A DNA stretch of 49,862 nucleotides from a virus (taxonomy: Duplodnaviria > Caudoviricetes): positions 1 to 49,862 of IMG/VR virus record IMGVR_UViG_3300049982_000334. One strand, 5' to 3'. Positions 9,251 through 18,759 of the stretch are shown here, in pieces. The notes below the pieces were generated by a model. That model searched no databases. It worked only from the letters and a program-made list of their open reading frames with translations, and was not told where the DNA came from. Every line of letters begins with the position of its first letter. Position 1 is the first letter of the stretch. Position numbers and translations under genes: made by a program.

Positions 9251-10129
9251 TTAGACCGCGTAGCTGCTGGGCCGCGAACCCGGCCGCTTCGCATAGGCGG
9301 CGAGCGACAGGTCGAGCGGATTGACGGTCAGGTTCGGCGTGTTCACACGCTGGGCCCGGTTCTGGGCCGTGGTGGTGATCTGGCCCAGCTGGCTGTTGAG
9401 GCCGCCCAGGCTGGAGGCCACGTCGAACGATCCGTCGGGCAGGAGGGGCGAAGCCGCCGAGCCGGCCGAGTTGATGGCGGTAAGCGCGTCGTTCTTCTGG
9501 CCCAGGATGTCGTCCTCGAACGCCTGGGCGCGGTCCTGGGCGGCGGAGGCGACCTGGGCCTCCTTCTCGCCGCGGCCGCGCGTCAGATCGCCGAAGGCGT
9601 CGGCGGACATGCTGGAGCGCAGGGTGCCGGCGTCGGCAAAGGAGTTGGTGGTCTGGCCGCGCTGGTCGGCGTACTCGCGCTGAATCTGCGGCGCGTAGTG
9701 GCTCGTGAAGTCCTGGGCGAACTTCTGGAAATAGGTGTCGTCGAAGCCAGCGTAAGCGCTGTCGACGCCGGCCTTGGCCTCGTCCATCTTGGTCTGGCGC
9801 TGGGTCGCGAACTCGCGGGCTTGGCGCGCGCGCTCGGCGGTCTGGGCGCGCTCGGCGTCCCGCTCCGCCTGCTGCTGCGCAGCTGCGCCGCGTTCCAGCT
9901 CGGCGCGGCGTTCGATCTCGCCGGTCAGGATCTGGCGCTGGCGCTCGGCCTCGGCCTGGCCCGCGGCCAGTTGCTCCTGGTAGCGGCGCTCCTGATCGGC
10001 GCGCTGCGTGTTCGCCATTTCCTGTTCGATGCGCAGGCGTTCTTCCGCGCGCGCTTGTTCCGCCGCGCGCTGGCGGGCGGCTTCGGCGTCTTGGGGCGAC
10101 GTGTTCGGAGAGCTAGTCTTGCTGCACAT
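9251..10129 (-). CDS. Internal virion protein (292 aa, MC- start, coiled coil)
   Basis: Likely start MCSKT at 10129, as in the first ejection protein of many podoviruses; Q/E/R/A coiled coil. Confidence 0.6.
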   Translation of the reverse strand: MCSKTSSPNTSPQDAEAARQRAAEQARAEERLRIEQEMANTQRADQERRYQEQLAAGQAEAERQRQILTGEIERRAELERGAAAQQQAERDAERAQTAERARQAREFATQRQTKMDEAKAGVDSAYAGFDDTYFQKFAQDFTSHYAPQIQREYADQRGQTTNSFADAGTLRSSMSADAFGDLTRGRGEKEAQVASAAQDRAQAFEDDILGQKNDALTAINSAGSAASPLLPDGSFDVASSLGGLNSQLGQITTTAQNRAQRVNTPNLTVNPLDLSLAAYAKRPGSRPSSYAV

Positions 10130-10589
10130 GCGGATCCCAGCGGAACACGAGGAAGTCCTCGCCATTCCTGCCGTAACGCCGCAGTCGCGCCTCTTGGACA
10201 CAGCCGATCGCGGCAAGCCAGCGATGGGATTTCGTGTGTCCGTCGATCGACCGCGCCTCGCATCGGATGGCGCCTGTTTCGACCAGGTAGGGCATGATAC
10301 GGCGTTTCACGAATTTTGTCACGCCAAGCGCGACCTTGGGCCATTCGTCGGTGGCGAGCAGCCAGCAGGACCAGACGCCCGGCCACTTCTCCGTCGCGCC
10401 GAACACCGCCACCGGCCGCCCCTCGTGCATGGCGACCCAGCCCAGCTTGCCCCAGCCCCGGGCGATCTCGACCGCCAGGCTGTCGGGGTCGTCATCCCAG
10501 CGGTCGGCGAAAGCCTCCTGCCTGTCGGACGCCCGGAGGTTCCAGACGACTGCCAGGACATGGGGGAGGCTGAGCTTAACTAGCCTCAT
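10113..10589 (-). CDS. GNAT-fold virion-assembly protein (T7 gp13/DUF2833-like)
   Basis: NLRASDRQEA..., VWSCWLLATD, SHRWLAAIG..QEA.LRRYGRNGEDFLVF; located between the nozzle and ejection genes. Confidence 0.7.
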   Translation of the reverse strand: MRLVKLSLPHVLAVVWNLRASDRQEAFADRWDDDPDSLAVEIARGWGKLGWVAMHEGRPVAVFGATEKWPGVWSCWLLATDEWPKVALGVTKFVKRRIMPYLVETGAIRCEARSIDGHTKSHRWLAAIGCVQEARLRRYGRNGEDFLVFRWDPHVQQD

Positions 10590-11994
10590 TGGACTTGTAG
10601 TGCAGGGCGACGGCGGAGATCAGCGCCCGCTCGTTGATGCTGCCGTTGTGGCGGAATTCCAGCGAGAGATGGCTGGTCGAGCCGATCAACGGATGGGTCG
10701 GCTGGTCGTAGGTCTGGTCCTCTATAACCGCGATGCGTTCCCACACCTCGGGCTCGTCAGGCCGCTGGCCGGCGTAGACCTCCCAGGTCCCCTCGACGCC
10801 GGCGTCAAAGCCCCGCAGGCCCTTGAAGGTGGCGGGGGCGCGCATGTCGACGTAGGGCAGGCGGACAATGGCCACGCCCTCGAAATATTGGTCGTCGTTC
10901 TCCCCGCCGTAAAGATAGAGCTCGTCGCCGCCGCGCAGCCAGACGCGGCGATCGACGACCGCCGCCCAGTCCACGTCGAAGTCGAGATTGTACTGGGTCC
11001 AACCCTTGATGTTCTTCTCGGGAAACCAGTTCAGCACGTAGACGCGCCGGCCCAGGATCACCCACAGCCGGTTCTCTTCCGGCTCGACGAGCATGAGCGC
11101 CTTGGCCAGCTCCTGCGCCGACAGGCTCTTGAGATAGGCCACCAGCTCCCGGTTCACCTGGGCGCTGGTCGGCTTCGCGCCCGAGCGCCCCGAGGAATCG
11201 CGCGGCTGGATCGAGCGCACGCCCTGGTAGGACAGGAAGAAGGTGTCGCCGTCGAGGTAGGAGATCATCGCGCGCGGAGCCACCAGCCCGGTGCCCCGCA
11301 GCGTCTGTATCCGGCGGTTCTCGGTCGGGTCGGAGGCGACGCCCCAGACCTGGACGTTGTCCTTGGAGCAGACCGCCAGGTTCTCGTAGTAGAGCTCGGC
11401 CGCGACCAGTTCCTCGCCGCCCGAGGAGTGGGTGGCCAGGTTGATGAAGCCGGCGCCGATCTCCGCGGTCTTGAATTTCGTGGGGTCCGCCGTCGCCGAG
11501 AAATGCAGGTTGGCGCCGGCGGTCACGTACATCTTCTCGCCGAGCGTCTTGGCCGAGCGGCCGCCGCTGAACGCATTGGCGTCGACTTCGCCAGTCACCA
11601 GCCAGTCGGCGACCCTGGCGGCGTCATAGAAGTGGACGACGTCGTTGGTGTACTCGCCGATCACATAGAACTTGCCGTCGAACAGCTCGACGTCCAGCAC
11701 GTCGGTCATCGTCGCCGCGAAGGGGTGGGCCAGCTGCTGATAGAAGACGCCCGTCGGCAGGCCGGGGGGCGGGGCGACGGAGCCGAACACGTAGCGGTCG
11801 TCGCCGACGCCGGCCAGGCCGAAGGTCCCCGCGGGCAGAGTGGCGCTATGGACGAACGCTTTGCGGAGTTCGATGTGGCCGGCGCTGGTCAGATGGACGT
11901 CGGTCCCGACGTAGAGCGTCCCGGGGTCGGATTCGAACACCGGAGCCCGGGTGTCGACGCCGGCGCCGAATTGGGAGATGACGAAATAGGCCAC
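10576..11994 (-). CDS. Tail tubular protein B / nozzle (beta-propeller), 472 aa
   Basis: Beta-rich repeated blades; N-terminal SQFGAGVDTR; follows the adaptor gene. Confidence 0.7.
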   Translation of the reverse strand: MAYFVISQFGAGVDTRAPVFESDPGTLYVGTDVHLTSAGHIELRKAFVHSATLPAGTFGLAGVGDDRYVFGSVAPPPGLPTGVFYQQLAHPFAATMTDVLDVELFDGKFYVIGEYTNDVVHFYDAARVADWLVTGEVDANAFSGGRSAKTLGEKMYVTAGANLHFSATADPTKFKTAEIGAGFINLATHSSGGEELVAAELYYENLAVCSKDNVQVWGVASDPTENRRIQTLRGTGLVAPRAMISYLDGDTFFLSYQGVRSIQPRDSSGRSGAKPTSAQVNRELVAYLKSLSAQELAKALMLVEPEENRLWVILGRRVYVLNWFPEKNIKGWTQYNLDFDVDWAAVVDRRVWLRGGDELYLYGGENDDQYFEGVAIVRLPYVDMRAPATFKGLRGFDAGVEGTWEVYAGQRPDEPEVWERIAVIEDQTYDQPTHPLIGSTSHLSLEFRHNGSINERALISAVALHYKSNEAS

Positions 11995-12690
11995 CTACTC
12001 GCCCGTGACGCCGACGATGATCTTGTCACGGAAGCCCGTCTGCCGAAGGTTGGGGCCGCCGGCCAGATTGATGGTGCGGCGTGAGGCGCGGGCCCGGCTC
12101 TTGAGCGTGTCGTAGTGCTGGGACGCCCGGCCCAGGACCAGGGCCGCCTCCTTGTCGTCCTGCTTGCGCAGCAGCTCGGCGGCGACGTGCAGGACCACGA
12201 GATCGGTGTCGAGATCGCAGCGGTCGCTCTCCTCCACCAGCTGGGTGAAGGGGCGCTTGGTGACGACACGCAGGGTGTAGGCGCTGGCCGGCAGGGGCCA
12301 CACCTCGAACTGGTCGACGTCGTAGGGCCGCCACTTCTGGATCGGGTCGGTGCGGACGCCCAGGTCGCTGTCGAACGCGTTGTAGTCCATCTCGCACATG
12401 TCGTCGGTGACCGGGTTCCAGGTCCCGCTCCACTTGACGTGCATCTCGATGATGGTCTCGAGTTCGGCGGCTTCCGGGTAGTCGTAGTAGCGTTGGCCGG
12501 CGACCATCGCGATGTCGGTCCTGGCGCGCAGGTGGCGCCAGTTGTGGTCGTGGTAGAGACGGCGATACTCCCGGCGGATCCGGCTCTTGATGTGCTCGCG
12601 GAAGTTCTGACCGGCCGACGGGCTGGCGACGTGGCCGAGCTCGTACTGGACCTCTTCGGTCAGGGTCGCGAGAGTATCGCGCGTCGCCAT
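11995..12690 (-). CDS. Tail tubular protein A / head-tail adaptor, 231 aa
   Basis: Helical N-terminus, HNWRHL..., FEVWPLP, DLVVLHVAAELL adaptor-like pattern; gene position. Confidence 0.7.
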   Translation of the reverse strand: MATRDTLATLTEEVQYELGHVASPSAGQNFREHIKSRIRREYRRLYHDHNWRHLRARTDIAMVAGQRYYDYPEAAELETIIEMHVKWSGTWNPVTDDMCEMDYNAFDSDLGVRTDPIQKWRPYDVDQFEVWPLPASAYTLRVVTKRPFTQLVEESDRCDLDTDLVVLHVAAELLRKQDDKEAALVLGRASQHYDTLKSRARASRRTINLAGGPNLRQTGFRDKIIVGVTGE

Positions 12691-12693
12691 GGT

Positions 12694-13116
12694 TTACGCC
12701 TTTTCGAGGAAGGCGGCTTCCTCGTCTTCGTCGACCTCCGCTTCCGGCGGGTCCTCATCGGCGAAGCTGGTGGCCGCGTCGGCCATCTGGCGCGCTTGCT
12801 CCGCCAGGGCGGCCGACTGGGCCTGGGGGTCGACGCCGATGTCGACGAGCTTGGTGGGCAGGCGGCCAAGCGGCCCGCCGAACAGGCGGTCGACGATCGG
12901 CTCGGCGTCGGGGGAGGGCTGGTCGTAGCGCCGGCGCAGGCGCTCGCGCTCGTCGCCATCGTTGCGCGCGACGTCGGTGGACTTGCCGGTGATCTGGACG
13001 GCGTCGGAGCCGTGGACGTGCTGCAGAACCGCGATTTCGGGAATGGTAACGACCTTCCCGGTCTGGACGTGGTTCAGCTTTCCGTTGAGGCGGACATTGA
13101 CGGTATACTGGCGCAT
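12694..13116 (-). CDS. Hypothetical phage protein (140 aa, acidic C-terminus)
   Basis: ATG at 13116 with GAGG upstream; GC-rich third codon positions. Confidence 0.7.
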   Translation of the reverse strand: MRQYTVNVRLNGKLNHVQTGKVVTIPEIAVLQHVHGSDAVQITGKSTDVARNDGDERERLRRRYDQPSPDAEPIVDRLFGGPLGRLPTKLVDIGVDPQAQSAALAEQARQMADAATSFADEDPPEAEVDEDEEAAFLEKA

Positions 13117-13133
13117 GGGCCCTCGCATCGTGG

Positions 13134-13155
13134 ATGTCGTGCGATAATACGACAA
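13134..13155. promoter_or_regulatory. Inverted repeat ATGTCG-N10-CGACAA upstream of the tail operon
   Basis: Same spacing as the sites at 27123-27144 and 47575-47596; minus strand reads TTGTCGTATTAT (-10-like). Confidence 0.5.
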
Positions 13156-13349
13156 AGGGCGACAAGAGGCTACACCGGGCTGCGCCGGGCCGCAAAGCGG
13201 GCGAACTCCGTCCGTAAGCGGTGGATGATGGAAGGATGGGGCCGGTCAGGAGGCGCGCGGGTTGGCGGCGCGATGGCTTGCCTAATCGTGGCTGCATCAA
13301 GGATTTCGCGCTGCGACTGGAGCGAACTGAAGTCCTCACCTGTCGCTAT

Positions 13350-13405
13350 CTAAGACAGATACGAGATCGCCCTAAGACAGATTTTAACTTTGACCTATCA
13401 CAGAT
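13350..13405. repeat. Three phased direct repeats CTAAGACAGAT, CTAAGACAGAT, CTATCACAGAT
   Basis: Start at 13350, 13372 and 13395 (22-23 bp period) in an AT-rich intergenic region. Confidence 0.6.
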
Positions 13406-13502
13406 CCGCTTTTACAAGGCACCGCAACCGTGAGTCGATCCTATTAAACAGCATCATTTTAACCATGCCCGTTTTAGTGGTAGCCAATCAAACGGCGGAC
13501 GT

Positions 13503-13655
13503 ATGCTAGCCCTAATTATGACGTCAATCTTCGCGGTTGGCGCGGTCGTCATCGGATGCCTGGCGATCTTCCTGGCACATACCTTCCTACCGTCAGCGCC
13601 ACCGACAGGGCCGAGGCATCCCGACTATTTCGACGACGGCTACCGCGAAGACTAA
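13503..13655 (+). CDS. 50-aa single-TM membrane protein (moron-like)
   Basis: MLALIMTSIFAVGAVVIGCLAIFLAHTFLPSAPPTGPRHPDYFDDGYRED; antisense to the late genes, after an AT-rich promoter-like region. Confidence 0.55.
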   Translation: MLALIMTSIFAVGAVVIGCLAIFLAHTFLPSAPPTGPRHPDYFDDGYRED

Positions 13656-13703
13656 GCGCTCAACCGCGGAATGAATTTTCTCGCGGCGACATGCCGGCCG
13701 GGT

Positions 13704-14726
13704 TCAGGGCGCGACCGGCTTAAGAAAGCCGAGCGTCTTCGTGCCGCTAACGGGGATCGCCGGCCCCTGCTGGGTGATCATCCACGCGCTGTTGCCGGAC
13801 ACCACGGCATTGGTCAGGTTGATCATGTGGATGCGCGACTTCATGCCCTCGATCGGCTGGACGGTGTTGCCGCTGATCTCGGAGTCCTCGGCATTCTGGA
13901 GACCGATGCCGTAGTGCGTCGCTCCCTCGACCTCATTTCCGATGATCTTGACGCGCTTGTACGGCAGTACCCATCCGGTCTGGGTCGTGACGAAGATGCC
14001 CTGCGGAATGCCGCCAGCGCCCCTGGTGATCTTGTTGCCGGTGATCGTGATGTCTTCGGCGGATCGCTTGGCGTTGCGAGTGAAGAACTGGATGCCGTCG
14101 GGATGCGCGCCCTCCTGCGGGCGGAAGTCCGACATGTCGTTGTCGGCGATCAGGACCCGATGTGGACCGCCAGAGCCAACGACGCCGTCCGAGAGCATCC
14201 GGCGGATCTTGTTGCCGCTGACCTCGATGTCCTCACCGCCGGAGATCACGACGGCGTTGCGGATGTCGTGGAAGTCGCCTCCGATCACCGCTGACTTTTT
14301 GCAGTCAGTGAGGGTGATGCCGCTCACGGGCTTGCCGTGGACGTGGGGAGCGACCAGCCGGACGGCCGTGCAGCTCGTGAGCGTGCAGCCGGAGAGCTTG
14401 TCGGCCGGGTCTAGCGCGATCTCCAGGTCCTTGACCGTCAGCCCCGACACGCTTTTCAGCATCAGCCCCGTGACGATGGCGCCCTTGGCTTCCAGGGTGA
14501 CGGCAGGCTCGAAGCTGAGACCGGAGAAGTTCACCACACCGTAGACGCCAGGCGCCAGGGTGATGGTCTCGCCGCCTTTGGCATCCTTCAGGGCCGCGAT
14601 CAGTTCGGCCGCGGTCGCGATTGGCTTAGGCGTCGCGGCCTGGATCTCGGCTTCCCAGTCGGCGAGTAGGCCGGAGAACTCCGCAGCAGCGCGCTTGAGC
14701 GCCTGAAGTCGGGTCATCGTGTCCAT
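13704..14726 (-). CDS. Right-handed parallel beta-helix (pectate lyase-like) protein, possible polysaccharide depolymerase
   Basis: AELIAALKDAKGGETITLAPGVY start, repeated I.I.GN.I rungs, HPDGIQF motif. Confidence 0.82.
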   Translation of the reverse strand: MDTMTRLQALKRAAAEFSGLLADWEAEIQAATPKPIATAAELIAALKDAKGGETITLAPGVYGVVNFSGLSFEPAVTLEAKGAIVTGLMLKSVSGLTVKDLEIALDPADKLSGCTLTSCTAVRLVAPHVHGKPVSGITLTDCKKSAVIGGDFHDIRNAVVISGGEDIEVSGNKIRRMLSDGVVGSGGPHRVLIADNDMSDFRPQEGAHPDGIQFFTRNAKRSAEDITITGNKITRGAGGIPQGIFVTTQTGWVLPYKRVKIIGNEVEGATHYGIGLQNAEDSEISGNTVQPIEGMKSRIHMINLTNAVVSGNSAWMITQQGPAIPVSGTKTLGFLKPVAP

Positions 14727-14844
14727 GGTCGATCCTCGTCCTAGGTGGATGATGTGGCGGTGTGCTCAACCGGAGACTGAATTTGGTTGCGGCGGATCAC
14801 ACGCCGTGGTGGATATGTCGCATAACACTGCTCGGGGGGAGTAG

Positions 14845-15027
14845 ATGAACGAAGTAACGGATAGCGCCCCGTCCTCAATGGCGACGCCGGGCGAGCGAGG
14901 AAAGCTCAAGCACGCCCTCGGCGCCGCCCTGCTCCTCGCCATCCTCGCCTTTGGGTTCTGGCTTGAGTCTCGCATGCCGAAGAACGGCCCAGGCCGGCCG
15001 CTCGCGGCGATCCAGGCGGCACGCTGA
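14845..15027 (+). CDS. 60-aa single-TM membrane protein (moron-like)
   Basis: GGGGGAG RBS before ATG; TM segment ALGAALLLAILAFGFWL; antisense orientation between two beta-helix genes. Confidence 0.55.
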   Translation: MNEVTDSAPSSMATPGERGKLKHALGAALLLAILAFGFWLESRMPKNGPGRPLAAIQAAR

Positions 15028-15093
15028 GGCCCAGAGCACGTAGGGGGGCGCTTGAACAGGCGCGGCAAGTTCCTCGACCACCAGCTCTAGCGG

Positions 15094-17334
15094 TCATTGG
15101 GCCGACATGGCTCCCATGTGATCGGCTGAGCCAACCGCTACGCCGTCGAGGGTGTAGGGGCGGATAGGCGCCAGCACCTTGCTTTTGGCGGGCGAGCCGG
15201 ATTGCAGGCGGTAGTCGCCAAAGCCTAGCCCAGCGTTCGCCGTGGTCGCGCTGCCCGCGCCCGTGGCCTCGAAGATGCTCTTGGTGCCCTTGTTGTCCAC
15301 GAACAGCGGGTCGAGTCGCGTCGTCTGGCTGGCGTTGTTCCAAGTGACGCCGATGTCCGACCCGCGCCCTTGATAGACCTGGGCCTGATTGTCAGACACC
15401 AGCGGACCGTTGGTCGTGAACTGCGAGAAATTGTAATTGCAGCCAACGCCGTACAGGAACGCCCAGTTGCCCAACCGGGTCGAGGGCGAGCCCGATGTAA
15501 AGCCTTCAGGGTTGGCTTCGTTGGTGTAGCGGAAGCGGTCGCCCTTGGTGAAGGCCGCGACGTGGATATTGCCGTAGTAGCTTGCAAGCCTTGACAGGCG
15601 AGGGGTGGCTCCTTCGTCATAGTGCAAGTTCTCACGGCCCATGACGTTCCAGCCCACATAGGTATTGTGGTGTTGGATCACGTGGTCGTTGCTGTAGCTC
15701 ATACCATCGTTTGACACAGAGAGCGCATGTCCACTGGTCGTGGTAATCCACTCAAACTGGTTATAGCTCCAGAAGTAGTCCTTTACATCGGCATTGCTTT
15801 CATTTCCCGCCAAGATATTCGTGTTGATCCGATAGACCTTGTTGTACGCAACAACGTGGTTTTCCGGGAGCGTAACTGCCGCGGGCTGCATGTTAATTCC
15901 GGTCGGCTTGTCCAGCGCGTTCCCGACCAGGCAAATGCGCTCTAGCGGACAGAAAAGCTCACCGTTGTAGCCACGGATTAGAACCATGCGCGGGTTGGTC
16001 TGCGGCCCCCACCTTTGGTTTGTGCCAGTCGCGCCTGTCGGCGTCATGCCGTTGATGCGCAGCATCACACTGGAGCCGATCAAGTTATTGTTGGTCTGAG
16101 CGCCGGGGCTAAAGCCGACGTTCTCCAGGTCCAGCCAACTGCCGCCGTTGCAGATGCTTTGCACCCCGGCACGGGTGATTTGCACGTCTTTGAAGTGGAG
16201 CGCCCCGCGCGCTAGTGGAGAGACCAGCGAGCCCGTCAGATTCGGGCTCCACACCGCAGCGCCAGGCGAGATGATGACGGCCGCCCGAGACGTTGAAGTC
16301 GGTGCGCGGGTGATGGTGACGCGGGCGATCTTCTGCCGACGGGATGCGCCCCAAGACGCCGGAACATGCGTGCCGTCGAGCAGCTTGATAATCAGACCGT
16401 CGATGCCGTTTGCTGTCCCGCCAAGGCTCGTGTCGGCCGCATCTGCAGCGCCCTTGATGGTCTTGAAGGGGCTAGCGGCGGCGGTGGCCTCGGTCGTGCT
16501 AACAACGCCAGTCAGGTCGTCGGCCGCAGCAGGGTCCACGTAGGCGATCGGCGGGCTGGCGGCCAGCGTCGGGTTCTTGCGCCAGTACTGGCTGGTGAAC
16601 TCATAATCGTTGGTGCTGTCCGTGGTCTTTCGGACAGAGGCCGCGACGCCGACCCACGGATAAACCTCTGCGTCGAGTGTGATCAAGCCGTCCGCTAGAG
16701 ACGAAATATCCGTTTCCGGCAGCGCGAAAACCGTGACCGATGTCTGATCGTGGGGGTTAGTCGAGAGCGTCGGCGCGGAGACCTTGACGGTTATGACCGT
16801 GGTCCCATCCGTGATCTTGTAGACTACGCAGGCGACCTCGCGGCCAAGTCTGGCGTCCCGGTGTCCGGCTACAATCTCGACCGGCCAAGACGAGCCGCCG
16901 ATTGCATTCCCGAGCACGCCCCTGTCGAGGGTGACAATGCGCGCCGCAGGCTTAGGACTGTGCAGGGACGAACTGTTGGTGGCCCCGACCAAGCTGTCGT
17001 CCGCGTACACATAGTCGGACAGCGCATAGGTGGACGCCGATGCGCTGGCGTCGTTAGGCGCCGGCTGCCGGACCTTGCGCGTGACGTAGAGCGTGTCGAG
17101 GTAAGTGGTGGCATCTGCGTTGGCGTTGAAGCCGGCCCGGAACACGCTGAACGGCACATCGTCGGCTATGGCGCCAAGGTTGAAGGCGGACCACCCCTCG
17201 AACGAACCCGCAATAGACGCGGTGAACGGATCGTCCAAGGGACCGTTGACGCGGGTGAATGGGGCGACCAACGTGGTGGCGCCGCCGCCACGCACGGCCT
17301 GGTTCGACAGTCGAGCCGCCATGCGCGGCCGCAC
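15094..17334 (-). CDS. Tailspike/tail fibre with probable beta-helix C-terminal part (746 aa)
   Basis: AYVDP...G......SPFKTIKGA motif preceding Asn-rich rungs; C-terminal DYRLQSGSPA; 3' half is visibly less GC-rich. Confidence 0.65.
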   Translation of the reverse strand: MRPRMAARLSNQAVRGGGATTLVAPFTRVNGPLDDPFTASIAGSFEGWSAFNLGAIADDVPFSVFRAGFNANADATTYLDTLYVTRKVRQPAPNDASASASTYALSDYVYADDSLVGATNSSSLHSPKPAARIVTLDRGVLGNAIGGSSWPVEIVAGHRDARLGREVACVVYKITDGTTVITVKVSAPTLSTNPHDQTSVTVFALPETDISSLADGLITLDAEVYPWVGVAASVRKTTDSTNDYEFTSQYWRKNPTLAASPPIAYVDPAAADDLTGVVSTTEATAAASPFKTIKGAADAADTSLGGTANGIDGLIIKLLDGTHVPASWGASRRQKIARVTITRAPTSTSRAAVIISPGAAVWSPNLTGSLVSPLARGALHFKDVQITRAGVQSICNGGSWLDLENVGFSPGAQTNNNLIGSSVMLRINGMTPTGATGTNQRWGPQTNPRMVLIRGYNGELFCPLERICLVGNALDKPTGINMQPAAVTLPENHVVAYNKVYRINTNILAGNESNADVKDYFWSYNQFEWITTTSGHALSVSNDGMSYSNDHVIQHHNTYVGWNVMGRENLHYDEGATPRLSRLASYYGNIHVAAFTKGDRFRYTNEANPEGFTSGSPSTRLGNWAFLYGVGCNYNFSQFTTNGPLVSDNQAQVYQGRGSDIGVTWNNASQTTRLDPLFVDNKGTKSIFEATGAGSATTANAGLGFGDYRLQSGSPAKSKVLAPIRPYTLDGVAVGSADHMGAMSAQ

Positions 17335-17783
17335 TAGGTGAAGCTCCCCGTGGCGAGAGCGGTGACATCGGCGCCGGTCGTGATTTTGAAGCCAGCGCCC
17401 AAGGCGGTCAGGTTCAAGGGGACATAGACGGGCCAGAGGTTCGACGCGCTCGATGCGCCACCTGGGAAGGTGTAAACCGTCGTCGCCCCATCCTTGACCA
17501 CGACAGTTCCGGGCGAGGTGGTCCCCGGCTGAATCAGGACGCCGTCGAGGACGTCTCCAATCGCGCCAGTCGCGCCCAACACTTGGTCTGTCGCGCTGGC
17601 CGCTACGGTTTCGTAGGGGCGTCCCGCGAGGATGGCTACGACGGCATTTTTCGTCAGAATTTGAGTTGTTTCGAGCGCCCCGCCTACCGGCGGATCGACC
17701 GTGATGCCGCCCAGGGCGGTAATGACGCCTTCAAGCTTTTCGTAGACGTCGTCGAGCGTAGCGCCATTAACGGGGGCGGCCAT
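17334..17783 (-). CDS. Beta-rich virion structural protein (149 aa)
   Basis: Thr/Gly/Val-rich; GAGGAG RBS; between decoration protein and tailspike. Confidence 0.6.
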   Translation of the reverse strand: MAAPVNGATLDDVYEKLEGVITALGGITVDPPVGGALETTQILTKNAVVAILAGRPYETVAASATDQVLGATGAIGDVLDGVLIQPGTTSPGTVVVKDGATTVYTFPGGASSASNLWPVYVPLNLTALGAGFKITTGADVTALATGSFT

Positions 17784-17800
17784 GCGTGGCTCCTCAGAGC

Positions 17801-17833
17801 AAAGAGAAACCCCCGCCCCATAGGGCAGGGGTT
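17801..17833 (-). terminator. Rho-independent terminator after the capsid/decoration genes
   Basis: Minus strand AACCCCTGCCC-TATG-GGGCGGGGGTT followed by TCTCTTT. Confidence 0.75.
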
Positions 17834-17840
17834 GGGTGGC

Positions 17841-18740
17841 TTAGCCGTCGTACTGCGGGTTGCCGAGGAAGGTCGGATCGGAGACCAGCACGTCGAGCTC
17901 GAACACCTTGGCGCCGTTGCAGGCGGAGTTCGGGTCGTAGGTGCCGCGCACGTCCGCCGTGGTGGCCGTGGACTTGGTCAGGACCGAGAGACCGCCGACC
18001 AGGGTGCCGTCGGTGATGGTCGCGCCGTCTTCCCGATCGATCAGCATCGAGACCGCGTCAACGAACACCGGCAGGCCGAGCAGGTCGCCGAAGCCGACCG
18101 AGACGCCGTTGGTGGCGATCGCGCCGTCAACCGCAACCTGGGTCACGGTCTTGAACGCCTTGACGCCGGCGACGGTGTTGGCGTTCGGGCCGGCGATGGT
18201 TTCCACGAGCGCGGCGCCGTACTCGTCGGTGCCGGTGACCGTGAAGGTGCGAGCCGAGTGGTTGGTCGTCGCCGCGGTCAGGGTGACGTTCCGGGGAACG
18301 TCCAGGGTTGCTACGCCGCCGGTGGCCTGGGCCCCGGTGATCGTCAGGTTGCCGGCGGCGCCGACAAGCTGGACGACCGAGACGCCGTCGACGTCGGCGG
18401 TGATCGGCGCCCCGAGGTTGATGCGCAGCGGGGTGAGGATGACCGCTCGGTTCACACCGGCCGGGGCCTCGGCGCCGCCCTTGTCCATCTGCAGGCGCCA
18501 GGAGGCGTTGGCCGGCAGGGTGTTGGTCGCGCGCCAGGTGATCGTAATCACCGTGGACGACGTATAGGCCACCCCGAAGTCTTCCGGGGCGCTGTAGAGC
18601 TTCCCGGCGACGATCAGCTTGTGCTCCTTGCCCGAGCGGTAGGCGCCGAGGACGCCCCCGTCGGGGTAGGCGCTGGTGAAGGTGCCCGACGTCGCGACTG
18701 CAGACGAAAGGATACCGGACGTGGTGTCGAAGTCAGACAT
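17841..18740 (-). CDS. Capsid decoration/cement-like structural protein (299 aa)
   Basis: Directly after the major capsid gene and before the terminator; Thr/Ala/Gly/Val-rich; LDVPRNVT, VGFGDLLGLP, TADVRGTY. Confidence 0.6.
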   Translation of the reverse strand: MSDFDTTSGILSSAVATSGTFTSAYPDGGVLGAYRSGKEHKLIVAGKLYSAPEDFGVAYTSSTVITITWRATNTLPANASWRLQMDKGGAEAPAGVNRAVILTPLRINLGAPITADVDGVSVVQLVGAAGNLTITGAQATGGVATLDVPRNVTLTAATTNHSARTFTVTGTDEYGAALVETIAGPNANTVAGVKAFKTVTQVAVDGAIATNGVSVGFGDLLGLPVFVDAVSMLIDREDGATITDGTLVGGLSVLTKSTATTADVRGTYDPNSACNGAKVFELDVLVSDPTFLGNPQYDG

Positions 18741-18759
18741 GGTTCAGGTTCCCTAAGTC

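Noticed and set aside
13170-13349. Minus-strand open frame upstream of the tail operon
   Set aside because: No usable start codon after the preceding stop; treated as non-coding or a remnant.
13704-17334. Diversity-generating retroelement, given the BPP-1-like architecture
   Set aside because: No reverse transcriptase and no adenine-specific TR/VR repeat pair; the paralogue repeats at 28.5 and 36.5 kb are inverted and exact.
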